64,000 nucleotides of DNA from Nitrosopumilus sp. (GTDB lineage Archaea; Thermoproteota; Nitrososphaeria; Nitrososphaerales; Nitrosopumilaceae): positions 448,001 through 512,000 of the forward strand of contig OZ244732.1 in assembly GCA_965219345.1 (NCBI GenBank), in the 5' to 3' direction. Position numbers and translations under genes: made by a program. Below are positions 29,662-40,244 of the stretch, piece after piece (position 1 is the first letter of the stretch; the number at the start of each line of letters is the position of its first letter). Under the pieces are notes generated by a model. That model was not told where the DNA came from. It worked only from the letters and a program-made list of their open reading frames with translations, and ran no database searches.

Positions 29662-29927
29662 CAAGTGATACCATATACACATTGAGATCTCAATAATCTG
29701 AAATCTTTTGACTTCCTGATGATTTTTGAATTTGGTGCTGCAGTTTCTTATCCTGCATTTTTTTCAAAGTTTCCTGGAGGATCTGTTTCTCTAACCTCAT
29801 CTTTTTGGTACTGGTGACGTTCCAAGAATCATCATAAAAATGATAGTCATAATCAGTGATGTACTCAAAGTACGCAAAGTCCGTTAGTCCGATAAATCCG
29901 ACTGAAAAGGGGGGGGCTTATTATCAC

Positions 29928-30125
29928 TGATCAGTTCTTTATATATTCAAAAATCACTTGATGATCAGTTCTTTATATATTCAAAAATCACTTGATGAGA
30001 ATTTATTTTTATAATAAATTTCAAGATGATCAAGATTTACATATCTTTTTTCTCAGAAAATTTCAAAATTTTGTGTGCAGACCCGATTATACTCTTACAG
30101 GTCTGATTGCTCGTGGAAATTTGCT
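29928..30125 (+). repeat. Copy of the DUF4143 promoter block (34-bp unit x2) plus palindrome copy E (30054-30125)
   Basis: Matches 15162-15360. Confidence 0.9.
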
Positions 30126-30386
30126 TTAATCCATTATTACTTTTCCATCTTGATCAAATTCTAATTTTGAACTATACCTTGCAAATCCACCTGAGATTAT
30201 TACTAGAATTATTCCTATCCATAATGCTTCTTCAGGCCAATTGTTTCCTAGTCTAAATATGACTAAAACCCACCCAACAAATCCGGTTATTGAAATAATC
30301 ACTCCTAACCATCTATATTTCCATATTGCATAAACCGAAATTATTAATTGAATTATTCCAATAATTAGCAAAACTGGTTGAATCAC
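30126..30386 (-). CDS. Small membrane protein (possibly the 3' part of a disrupted longer gene starting near 30600)
   Basis: Three hydrophobic segments; the upstream frame carries a stop/frameshift. Confidence 0.5.
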   Translation of the reverse strand: MIQPVLLIIGIIQLIISVYAIWKYRWLGVIISITGFVGWVLVIFRLGNNWPEEALWIGIILVIISGGFARYSSKLEFDQDGKVIMD

Positions 30387-30683
30387 GATTGATCAAATAA
30401 AATTAAGTGTTTCATCTCCATATGTTTCAATTATAGTACCTGCAACAAATTCATTGATTGAATCAGGATCAATACCAATTCCTACTGTTGTCATAGTATA
30501 CAAAGAAACTACATTGATCAACATATCCTATAATTCTTTGAGTACGGTTGTAGATGTTTTTCTTTTGATCAGAATAGAAAATCTGTTTGGTAGTTGACAT
30601 ATCTAGTATTATGTGCCTAGATGTTTATAACATACTGATCAAAATGCCTAAAGAATCATTAATGAAAAAAAATACTTTAGTTT

Positions 30684-31598
30684 GTGATATGCGATAAATG
30701 CGAAAATCAGGCAGTCTATACTAGGAAATATTCAGGTCAAAGACTATGCTCACAGTGTTTCTCAAGTTCCATTGTAAGAAAAACTGCTAAAACTATTTCA
30801 AAATACAACATGATCCAAAATGATGAATTGGTGGCTGTTGCAGTCTCAGGGGGAAAGGATTCCCTAGCATTACTAAAAATTATTCACGAAATGGCATTAA
30901 CCCATAATTTCAGGATTAAGGCAATTACAATCGATGAGGGGATTCCAGGATATAGAGATGAGGCACTAGAAATTGTTGAAAAATTTTGTGGAGAATTAAA
31001 TATTGAACTCAAAGTTTACTCTTACAAAGATCTGTTTGAACTGACTCTTGATGAAGCATTAAAGTTAAGAGAAAACAAGAAAACTTCTTCATGTTCAATT
31101 TGTGGTACACTTCGAAGACGTGCAATGGATTTTGCAGCAAAGGATATCGGAGCGGATGTCATTGCAACAGGCCATAATCTTGATGATACATTACAAACAT
31201 TTGTCATAAACATGCTTTCAGGAGATACAAATAAGATTGGATGGATGGATCCTGATACATCTACAAATTCTTTAAGAAAAATAAAGCCATTTTGTGAGAT
31301 ATACGAATCTGAAATAGTATTTTATGCATTTACAAATGATATACCATTTCAATCAGAACCTTGTCCACATATGAGTGAAGGGATTAGAACAGAAATTCGT
31401 GAATTTCTAAATTCATTGGAAAGTCAACATAGTGGAGTTAAAAATAATTTGTATCAGTCAGTTCTCAAAGTATCTCAAATTGTAAAAAATTCTAATTATA
31501 AGCAGAAAATGATTTGTGAAAAGTGTGGCAATGAATGTACGGGTAATGTATGCTCAGTTTGTGATATGGTTTTAAAACTAAAAGCGAACCAAACCTAA
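30684..31598 (+). CDS. tRNA 2-thiolation protein (TtuA/Ncs6/Ctu1-like PP-loop ATPase)
   Basis: Terminal CxxC pairs, SGGKDS, CSICG..RR, TGHNLDD, CPH. Confidence 0.92.
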   Translation: MICDKCENQAVYTRKYSGQRLCSQCFSSSIVRKTAKTISKYNMIQNDELVAVAVSGGKDSLALLKIIHEMALTHNFRIKAITIDEGIPGYRDEALEIVEKFCGELNIELKVYSYKDLFELTLDEALKLRENKKTSSCSICGTLRRRAMDFAAKDIGADVIATGHNLDDTLQTFVINMLSGDTNKIGWMDPDTSTNSLRKIKPFCEIYESEIVFYAFTNDIPFQSEPCPHMSEGIRTEIREFLNSLESQHSGVKNNLYQSVLKVSQIVKNSNYKQKMICEKCGNECTGNVCSVCDMVLKLKANQT

Positions 31599-31630
31599 TG
31601 CAAATATAACATACTTTCTTTAGGAAAAAT

Positions 31631-31946
31631 GGTAGTAGGTAGGATCAGGGTGCCAGCCGTGCCCTTTTCTGAAACCGGCTATATGCAGAGATCAGTAACT
31701 GTTGGGTAAATCTCTAGATGGGTAATTCCCGCTTGGTGTGCGGAAATGAAATCACGCCGAGGCGGATGGTTGCAGGACTAGAATTATCCGAAGGGATAAC
31801 GTCTAAGACCGAACCATTGAAAGGGGTGAGGTCCGGGAGGGAGCAATCCTAAGGTGGGACATCCATGCTTCCTCGTCAACGTGGCGGATCTTGTATGCCT
31901 TGAAATGGGGCTATCCGTCTAGACTGGAACCAACAGATCTACTACC
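31631..31946 (+). ncRNA. ffs: Archaeal signal recognition particle (SRP/7S) RNA
   Basis: GC-rich ~316 nt; ends pair (ggtagtag/ctactacc); helix-8-like ggtccgggagggagcaatcc; helix-6-like ttatccgaagggataa. Confidence 0.88.
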
Positions 31947-31975
31947 TTTATAATTAAAATCTATTTTGCAGAGTC

Positions 31976-32308
31976 ATGGAAGGAATAATCTCATTTGGAA
32001 ACAAGAGAAATTATGATGACTTTAAGAAACAAATTCCAAATTCAGTAGTACCTCTTTTTGATTCAATCAGAGAATTTTGCTTCTCTTTGGGAGAAAATGT
32101 AGTAGAGGATGTTAGAATGCATAGAGTAGTTTTTTGTAAATCAATGACATTCAGATGGTTTGCAGATGTAGAACCCAATAAAGAAGGAGTCATCATCAAA
32201 GTTCAGAAAAACCGAAAAGAAGCTGTACAAATTATTCAGATAAAAAAAGACCAACAAATTTCAGAGTTTAGTCAGATGATTAAAGAGGCATTTGAAGGGA
32301 TTCATTAA
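31976..32308 (+). CDS. Conserved hypothetical protein (DUF5655-like)
   Basis: LFDSIREFC.SLG.NV.E...F.DV pattern. Confidence 0.65.
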   Translation: MEGIISFGNKRNYDDFKKQIPNSVVPLFDSIREFCFSLGENVVEDVRMHRVVFCKSMTFRWFADVEPNKEGVIIKVQKNRKEAVQIIQIKKDQQISEFSQMIKEAFEGIH

Positions 32309-32583
32309 TACAAAACATCAAATTTTGTAAATTCGCCAGAAAATTTTTCGTTACGTATCTCCACATCTTCAACTCTGGCATTAGCGGGTCCACCATGTGA
32401 CCATTCAACAAGTCTACTAATTTTTTCTTCATCTCCTTCTAAAACAGCCTCAACACGACCGTCTTTGAGATTTTTAACCCATCCAAAAATATCATTTTTC
32501 TTTGCCATCACTTTTAGTGCCTGACGAAAAAATACACCTTGTACTTTACCAGTTACAATTATTCTAATTCGTTGATTTGACAT
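32305..32583 (-). CDS. acyP: Acylphosphatase
   Basis: GKVQGVFFR, GWVKNL.DGRVE, GPANARV. Confidence 0.95.
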   Translation of the reverse strand: MSNQRIRIIVTGKVQGVFFRQALKVMAKKNDIFGWVKNLKDGRVEAVLEGDEEKISRLVEWSHGGPANARVEDVEIRNEKFSGEFTKFDVLY

Positions 32584-32632
32584 CCAAGTTTTATTTCAGT
32601 GAGTTATTAATCAATTTTAGGTTAAAAGAAAA

Positions 32633-33367
32633 CTACTTTCTTTCTTTAATTCTAGCTCTACCAGTCTTTCTGGCAGCAATGCTACCTACCTTTGCGCCAG
32701 GAGGTGCATCTCTTGAAACAGTTGAGCTTTGTCCGACGTGTTGATGACGGCCACCACCATGTGGGTGCACATAAGCGGCCTGAGCGACACCTCTAACGAT
32801 TGGATATTTCTTTCCTTTAGCTCTGAAACTTCTCCATGTATTACCTGCACTCATCAATGGTCTTTCACCTGATCCTCCTCCAGCAAGAGTACCAATCATG
32901 GCTCTGTTTTTTGGATTAAGAGTAGTAAATTTTCCGGAAGGAAGTTTAACAGTGACACCTTCATCACCATGAGAAAAAACAGTTGCATCAGTACCTGCAG
33001 ATTTCACTATGGCGCCACCATCTCCAAAGTGCTTTTCAATGTTACACACAATTGTTCCATCAGGAATGTTTTGAACACTGATGACGTTACCTTTTTCAAT
33101 TTTTGATTTTAATCCAAATTGTAAAGTTGTACCCACTTTAGTTCCGAGTACTGCAGGAACATATGAAACAGATCCGTCCTCAAATCTGATTTTAGCTAAT
33201 GGAGCCTCTCTTCCACGTTCATGAACCAGATCAATAATTTCACCGTCATGTTGTTCTGATAATGAAAAACGAGGATAATTTGCCTTGGATCCTACTTTTC
33301 CAGTAGCTGTAGATCTAAATTGATGTCCTCCACGGCCGCGTCGTCTAACTAATGGTCTCTTACCCAA
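32633..33367 (-). CDS. rpl2: 50S ribosomal protein L2 (uL2)
   Basis: RGRG, VRGVAQ..HPHGGG, GAKVGSIAARKTG. Confidence 0.97.
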   Translation of the reverse strand: MGKRPLVRRRGRGGHQFRSTATGKVGSKANYPRFSLSEQHDGEIIDLVHERGREAPLAKIRFEDGSVSYVPAVLGTKVGTTLQFGLKSKIEKGNVISVQNIPDGTIVCNIEKHFGDGGAIVKSAGTDATVFSHGDEGVTVKLPSGKFTTLNPKNRAMIGTLAGGGSGERPLMSAGNTWRSFRAKGKKYPIVRGVAQAAYVHPHGGGRHQHVGQSSTVSRDAPPGAKVGSIAARKTGRARIKERK

Positions 33368-33471
33368 GTTGATCGTTTCCTATGCACAGATGATTTTAAG
33401 CTTGTGATTGTTCTTGGTTGTTTATGAAAATTACCACAAAGGTATAAAAATTAGAAAAATGGGTTTTCTGT

Positions 33472-35658
33472 ATGAGTCAAAATGCTCTTTCCCTCAAAGT
33501 ACTTGAAGCATACACAAGAGATGTTGGAAGAGGAGTGGCAAGAATTGATTATGATTCCATGGATACACTAAATGCCTCTACTGGAGATGTTATAGAGATT
33601 AAAGGAAAGAGAAGAACAGTTGCAAAATGTCTTCCATTATATCCATCCGATGAAGGAAAAGGAATTATCAGAATTGATGGACTCGGTAGAAATAATTCAG
33701 GAATTGCTATTGGAGATACAATTTCTGTAAGAAAGATAAAGGCAGTAGCTGCAGAAAAAATAGTGGTTGCACCATTAGAAGCAATTCCTCCAATTGATGA
33801 AAGATATCTTGCAGATGCCTTAGAAAGTGTTCCTTTGATTAAAGGAGATAATGTAATGGTTCCATATTTTGGTGGACGTTTAACTTTTCAAGTTATAGGA
33901 GTAACGCCAGCAGCTGATGCAGTTTTAGTTATTCAAAAAACTGTTTTTCACATTGCAGAAAAAGGGGAGACATTACGTGGAGTTCCACAAGTCACATATG
34001 AAGACATTGGAGGTTTAACAGATGAGATAAAAAAAGTTAGAGAAATGATTGAACTTCCATTAAGACACCCAGAAATTTTTGAAAAGTTAGGAATTGAAGC
34101 ACCAAAAGGCGTCTTATTGTATGGTCCACCCGGAACAGGTAAAACATTACTTGCAAAAGCAGTAGCAAATGAAAGTAATGCACACTTCATCAGTATTTCA
34201 GGTCCTGAAATTATGAGTAAGTTTTATGGAGAAAGTGAAGCAAGGCTAAGAGAAATTTTCAAAGAAGCAAGAGAAAAATCTCCATCAATAATTTTTGTTG
34301 ATGAAATTGACTCCATTGCACCAAAAAGGGAAGAAGTTACAGGCGAAGTTGAAAGAAGAGTTGTTTCTCAAATGCTATCATTAATGGACGGATTAGAGGC
34401 AAGAGGTAAAGTCATTGTCATTTCTGCAACAAATAGACCAAATGCAATTGATCCTGCACTTAGAAGACCAGGTAGATTTGATAGAGAAATCGAGATTAAA
34501 GTTCCAGACAAAAAAGGAAGAAAGGACATACTTTCGATTCACAGTAGAAATATGCCATTAACAGATGACGTCAATATAGAGAAACTTGCAGGAGTAAGCC
34601 ACGGATATGTTGGTGCAGATTTGGAATATCTTTGTAAAGAAGCTGCAATGAAATGTTTGAGAAGGTTGCTACCTATTCTTAATTTAGAAGAAGAAAAACT
34701 CCCTCCAGAGACATTGGATAAACTAGTTGTAAATCAGGAGGATTTTTCAAAAGCATTGGTTGAAGTAATTCCATCTGGAATGAGAGAAGTTTTCATTGAA
34801 AATCCAGATATCAAATGGGATCAAGTCGGAGGTTTAGATGAAGTCAAACGAGAGTTACAAGAAGCTGTTGAATGGCCAATGAAGTATCCGGGCCTTTATG
34901 ATAAACTAGGACACAAAATGCCAAGAGGCATCTTACTTCACGGTCCAAGTGGTACAGGTAAAACATTACTTGCAAAAGCAGTTGCTACAGAAAGTGAAGC
35001 AAACTTTGTTTCAGTAAGAGGTCCTGAACTTCTATCAAAATGGGTTGGTGAGTCTGAAAGAGGCATAAGGGAAATTTTCAAACGAGCACGTCAATCTGCT
35101 CCATGTGTTATATTCTTTGATGAGATTGACTCCATTGCACCAATCCGAGGAGCAGGAGGAGAAACTGCAGTAAGTGAAAGAGTTGTTAGTCAATTACTTA
35201 CAGAACTAGATGGAATGGAAAATATGCATGGTGTTGTAGTTTTGGCCGCAACAAACAGGGCAGATATGATCGATCCTGCATTGTTAAGGCCAGGAAGATT
35301 TGATAAGATTATCCAGATTCCACTTCCAGACAAAGAAAGCAGAAAGAGTATCTTGAAAATTACTACTGAAGAAATACCAACAATTACTGAAAAAGATAAT
35401 CTCGGAAGCGTTGATTTTGATAAACTTGCTGAACTAACTGATGGACTTAGTGGCGCAGACGTAGCAGCTATTGCAAATACTGCAGTTTCTTTAGTTATTC
35501 ATGAATTCTTAGACAAGCATCCAGATGTCAAAGATGTTGAGAAGCAGAGCATAGATGCCAAAGTAACTATGGAACACTTTGAAAGATCAGTAAAGAAAGT
35601 CAGGGAACAAAAAGAACTAAAGTTAGGCGAAAAACTAGTAGCTTCCTATTACAGGTAG
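33472..35658 (+). CDS. cdc48: CDC48/VCP family AAA ATPase
   Basis: N domain plus two AAA modules ([16 protein letters not shown]; RPGRFD). Confidence 0.97.
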   Translation: MSQNALSLKVLEAYTRDVGRGVARIDYDSMDTLNASTGDVIEIKGKRRTVAKCLPLYPSDEGKGIIRIDGLGRNNSGIAIGDTISVRKIKAVAAEKIVVAPLEAIPPIDERYLADALESVPLIKGDNVMVPYFGGRLTFQVIGVTPAADAVLVIQKTVFHIAEKGETLRGVPQVTYEDIGGLTDEIKKVREMIELPLRHPEIFEKLGIEAPKGVLLYGPPGTGKTLLAKAVANESNAHFISISGPEIMSKFYGESEARLREIFKEAREKSPSIIFVDEIDSIAPKREEVTGEVERRVVSQMLSLMDGLEARGKVIVISATNRPNAIDPALRRPGRFDREIEIKVPDKKGRKDILSIHSRNMPLTDDVNIEKLAGVSHGYVGADLEYLCKEAAMKCLRRLLPILNLEEEKLPPETLDKLVVNQEDFSKALVEVIPSGMREVFIENPDIKWDQVGGLDEVKRELQEAVEWPMKYPGLYDKLGHKMPRGILLHGPSGTGKTLLAKAVATESEANFVSVRGPELLSKWVGESERGIREIFKRARQSAPCVIFFDEIDSIAPIRGAGGETAVSERVVSQLLTELDGMENMHGVVVLAATNRADMIDPALLRPGRFDKIIQIPLPDKESRKSILKITTEEIPTITEKDNLGSVDFDKLAELTDGLSGADVAAIANTAVSLVIHEFLDKHPDVKDVEKQSIDAKVTMEHFERSVKKVREQKELKLGEKLVASYYR

Positions 35659-35980
35659 TTTTAATAAAATACTAGGTTTTTAGTGCCTAATATAGCATAG
35701 TCCAAAATCCCATATGGAAATAGATGTAGAAGATGACATGACTGGTATTATTAATTGCATTAATACCACATAACTTCACAGACGTTATACGAAATCTTTT
35801 CTATATCCTGTGATGTATTGTTACTATTGGGCCTGAGAGTCGAAGGGTTACTGCCATGTACAAGGGCGTTTGACAGACTGACTCAAAGCGAGCGGAAAAC
35901 AAAATACCACACACAGATGATGATGGTGAATGGGAGCATTCCGCTTTATCAGGCAATTTGATCAGAAAGGAGGTGATAAC

Positions 35981-37048
35981 ATGATCAGCATAGGAATTGA
36001 CGTTCATAAGAAAAACTGCGTTGCAACAATAAAAAAAGATACTAGAAAAAAGCTAGAACAGTCAAGCTTTGAGAACATCACACATGGAATGATGGGTTTT
36101 ATCAAACACATCAAAAAGACATATGGTAAAGACATACAGGCTGCGTGTGAATCAACTGCCAACTATTGGATTAGACTGCATGACACATTAGAGGATAACG
36201 GCATTGACACCGTTCTTGCACACCCTGCAAAGACCAAATAATAGCACAGGCAAAACTCAAAAACGACAAGCTTGATTCAGACGTATTGGCGGACCTGCTA
36301 AGATCGGACATGATGGTGTATGAGTCATTTGTGCCAGAAAAATACTACCGGGATCTGCGGTCTGGCAAGAACAAGACTGAATCGTGTACAAAGTGTCTCA
36401 AAACACAAAAACATGATTTATGCAATACTTGCAAAATACGATTACACCCAACCGACAATAAAGACCTTCTCACAGAAAGGAACGGATGGCTGCATGAAAT
36501 CAATCTGACCGAAGTTGACAGGATGGCAATGGATGCATATCTTGAAAATATCAATATGAATCAAAAACAGACTGGCACATTTGAGACAAAAATTGCTACA
36601 ATTAGCAACGAGGATGAAAGAACAAGGTTAGTCATGACAATCCCTGGAATAAGCTGTGTCACGGCACTGACAATAATCTCAGAGATAGTTGACATTAACG
36701 GATTTGCAACAGCAGAGAAACTCGTCTCATGCGGGACTTGCACCATCGCACAGGGACTGGGAAAACACAAAAAGGAGGCGGAATAACAAAACGGGGTTCT
36801 GCATGGTTGCGCAATGCAATGGTAGAGGCTGCAAATACTACGATACGATTTGATCCAAGGATGGAATCATTTTACTTGAGAATTGCAAAAAGGAGAGGAA
36901 AACAAAAGGCAAGGATAGTAGCTGCTGCAAGGCAGATGCCTGAGATAATTGGTACATGCTAACAAACATGGAAGAATACCGCACACAGAATCATGAGCTG
37001 ACGCAAAGAAAGTACAAGAAGATGCAAGACAAATCAGAGATGTCCTGA
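35981..37048 (+). pseudogene. IS110-family transposase/recombinase, fragmented
   Basis: IGIDVHK, ACESTANYW, KND..DS..LA.LL, MTIPGI, ITKRGS..LR.AMVEAA across several frames with stops. Confidence 0.9.
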
Positions 37049-37100
37049 TTCAGCAAAGCACACTGAGAATGGCCCGCAGTAGGATAAGAGACGATTTCGT

Positions 37101-39371
37101 ATGGGAGAACCCTTGACCGATATGATTATTTATCCCCCCCCCCCCGTATATCCTTTAGTGACATTAAAAGAGAGAGACGGCATTGCAGTAATCCTAATGA
37201 TTGCAGCGATAACAGCAATGACTGCAAGCAGCGTGACAGACAATGAATCAAACAAGGCAGCATACTATACATTTGCCGATACAACTGGCAGCAGAGACGA
37301 CATTCCTGCTCCTCCGTCCTTTGACGGCTCCTTCTCATTAAGTTCCCAAACCGAATTCCCGCAAGGCCTGGCCTTCTCTGGTAACGGAATGAAGATGTTT
37401 ATTGTAGACGATGAAAGCGATGACATAAACGGATACGCATTATCCACCGCCTTTGACGTATCGACTGCCGATTTCTTTGGAAACAGTGTAGTAAAGTTTC
37501 AGGACAAAAGCCCAACCGACGTGGCCTTCTCTGACGACGGAATGAAGATGTTTGTCTTAGGTGATAACGGCAATGCCGTATACCAGTACGCGCTATTCTC
37601 CAGCTTTGGCCTTGCACCTTTCAAAGAGTTTGTTGACTCCTTCTCAGTAGGTTCACAAGACACATCCCCGCAAGGCCTGGCCTTCTCTGGTAACGGAATG
37701 AAGATGTTTGTTGTCGGCACCCAAAATAATGCCGTATACCAGTACACATTAGCCACCGCCTTTGACGTATCGAATGTCACCGACGTATCGGATGTCTCCT
37801 ATGACATCGCCTTCTCAGTAAATTCACAAGACGGAAACCCGCAAGGCGTGGCCTTCTCTGACGACGGAATGAAGATGTTTATCGTAGGTGATGACAGCGA
37901 TGCCGTATACCAGTACACATTATCCACCGCCTTTGACGTATCGACTGCCGCCTACGATAACAAGTCATTTTCAGTGGCATCACAAGACACATCCCCGCAA
38001 GGCCTGGCCTTCTCTGGTAACGGAATGAAGATGTTTGTTGTCGGCACCCAGAATGATGCCGTATACCAGTACGCGCTATCAGAGTCATTTACGTTATCCC
38101 CACCGCCAGGATCAGATGCGTCTGGCCAGTCAGAAGATGCTATGGTGAATGTTCTTCCAACACTGAGATACGATGTCGGGTATGGTACGATTGCCCGTGA
38201 ACTGTCCCTAGTAACAGAGGATCGTGTTCATCCCACATATCATAATGCCATCAACCTTAGACAACCCGGCAGTGACAATCCCTGGATTGCCGTGTTTCCC
38301 GATCCCCTGACTACCGCAGAGGGCGGCAGTCTTGTGGCATCCGGAGATCCCATATTACCATACGACTATCATGATCTTGGCAATCAGGTACCTGCCATAA
38401 CCTGTGCTACGGATGACTTTGGCCACGACCCCACAATGCTTGCCGAATTTGACTACATCCCCAGTGCCACATATACGGGCACCGACACGTTTGACATTGT
38501 CATAAAAGAGTTCACCTATGCCGGTAATGCCGGGAATGCGACCTGTGTTGCTACCGGGGCAACCGAGACCATACCCGTAGAGATTACGGTAGGTGAAAAA
38601 CCAGCTGTAACGCTTAGGGATGACTTTACAAAGTTCTCCAACAGTTCCGGCGTAGTCGTGCTTGAGCGTATTGCAGACCTGACTGGTTTGCAACCTGCCG
38701 GTGATGGCTTCTTCGACTTCCAGGTTCCATTTCCCTCCTTTGATCCCCCTGTAAGTAATGCAATAGTTGGATTTGACCTTCCTGAGACGACAGATGACGG
38801 ATCAGCCATAACCTTCGACGAGGATACTGGAGACCATATCATCAGAGGCGTGTTTAGTGATGACTTCTTTTCATACGATACGACTGTCAGTCTGCCTTAC
38901 GGTACCGTTGTTGCAAACGGCACTATCGTAGAGTCCCTAAACGAGATTGCATCAAAAACAATTGACGTCACGCTGGATTCCTCCAACGCTGAGACTCCCA
39001 CATGCTCAGCTAGGGTATCCGGTGATCTGGACTTTGGCATTCTGGCATATGGCGATACTTCGGATGCAAAGCCACTTGCAATTAGTAATACTGGCACTGC
39101 CTATGTTGATGTGGAAGTATCTGCAACTGGCTGGCTGGACAGTGATGATATCACAATCATGGGTGTGGGGCAGACAAGGTACTCTGGTAGTCCAAACGAT
39201 GCATACGCGGATAGAACCCCAGTGTCTGAAACTGACGCTACTTTTGTAAGTAATTTGGAACCTAGCTATGGTACTTCCCAATATCTGCAGATTCAAATTG
39301 GTGACATCAGCCCGAACTTTACAGGCCAGCTGACGCAGACCATAACTACGACTGCAACCTGCAATAGCTAG
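37101..39371 (+). CDS. Secreted/surface beta-propeller repeat protein with Ig/cadherin-like C-terminal domains (likely start GTG 37158)
   Basis: Five PQGLAFS..GMKMF.VG...VYQY.L...FD repeats; Y.P.A.Y.GTDTF motif. Confidence 0.82.
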   Translation: MGEPLTDMIIYPPPPVYPLVTLKERDGIAVILMIAAITAMTASSVTDNESNKAAYYTFADTTGSRDDIPAPPSFDGSFSLSSQTEFPQGLAFSGNGMKMFIVDDESDDINGYALSTAFDVSTADFFGNSVVKFQDKSPTDVAFSDDGMKMFVLGDNGNAVYQYALFSSFGLAPFKEFVDSFSVGSQDTSPQGLAFSGNGMKMFVVGTQNNAVYQYTLATAFDVSNVTDVSDVSYDIAFSVNSQDGNPQGVAFSDDGMKMFIVGDDSDAVYQYTLSTAFDVSTAAYDNKSFSVASQDTSPQGLAFSGNGMKMFVVGTQNDAVYQYALSESFTLSPPPGSDASGQSEDAMVNVLPTLRYDVGYGTIARELSLVTEDRVHPTYHNAINLRQPGSDNPWIAVFPDPLTTAEGGSLVASGDPILPYDYHDLGNQVPAITCATDDFGHDPTMLAEFDYIPSATYTGTDTFDIVIKEFTYAGNAGNATCVATGATETIPVEITVGEKPAVTLRDDFTKFSNSSGVVVLERIADLTGLQPAGDGFFDFQVPFPSFDPPVSNAIVGFDLPETTDDGSAITFDEDTGDHIIRGVFSDDFFSYDTTVSLPYGTVVANGTIVESLNEIASKTIDVTLDSSNAETPTCSARVSGDLDFGILAYGDTSDAKPLAISNTGTAYVDVEVSATGWLDSDDITIMGVGQTRYSGSPNDAYADRTPVSETDATFVSNLEPSYGTSQYLQIQIGDISPNFTGQLTQTITTTATCNS

Positions 39372-40244
39372 CCCTTTTTCTTTTGTAAAAATCCGTCACT
39401 ATGAATTAAAAGAGATGCCGGCTGCGTAGCTATTGTCTTTGGTATCATAATGCATTGGCCTTCACTGCTACTACTACACAGTACAGTGATGATATCTCCA
39501 TTGGATGAAAGACAGCAGCGGGGATTCCTGGCATCAAAGACCATTGGCTTGGACTTGCGTGGGATTTTGTAAGTGGAGAAAAGAATTGTCATAACAAAAT
39601 CCTAAAATGGATAGATGGTGTTTCATCAAGTATTACATGTACATTCCATTGCAACGGAAATCGAAAAAGCTATTGATAAAATCATAGAAGACTTTGAAAC
39701 AAAGTATGGCAGGATCAGATGGTGTCAAGACATACCTTGATGAGATACCTTGATAATTGCCAAAACTTTTGAATCTCAAGAATGTTGATATTTTCACTGT
39801 TAAAGACACAGGATCTGATAACTTTGTGTGATCTGCTCAGGATTCAAAAATCAAGATCTTGTACCAATTTTCGTCTTCTCTTTTTGTATTTCCTAATCTC
39901 ACTTTGAATTCTTTTCTTTGAATGCCCCAGATTTTTGAGAGCCAGAACCACATAGACAGGATTAGAATCTCTTTTGGCTTCTCTTTTGATAATTTCAGAA
40001 AATATGAAATTATAATCTAGTGGATCAGAACTGCCAAAGTTATTCATGCAGTATGTAAAGAGTAACAATAAAAAAAGATGCCAATTCCCATAATTGATGC
40101 CTTTTTACCTAAATAACCCAGGCGGAATTTGAGCTCAATTATGTCCAAAACTATTGTAGATTACGTACAAACAACCCATCATAGTCCAAATTGTCAAACA
40201 TAATTCTTATATCTTTAATAAAATAACAAACCTAATTCTCGTAA

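Noticed and set aside
31631-31946. RNase P RNA or novel ncRNA
   Set aside because: Lacks the RNase P GAGGAAAGUCC motif; helix-8 and helix-6 features fit SRP RNA
39370-40150. Short ORFs after the beta-propeller gene
   Set aside because: Fragmentary frames with no motif I could recognise; probably pseudogene debris
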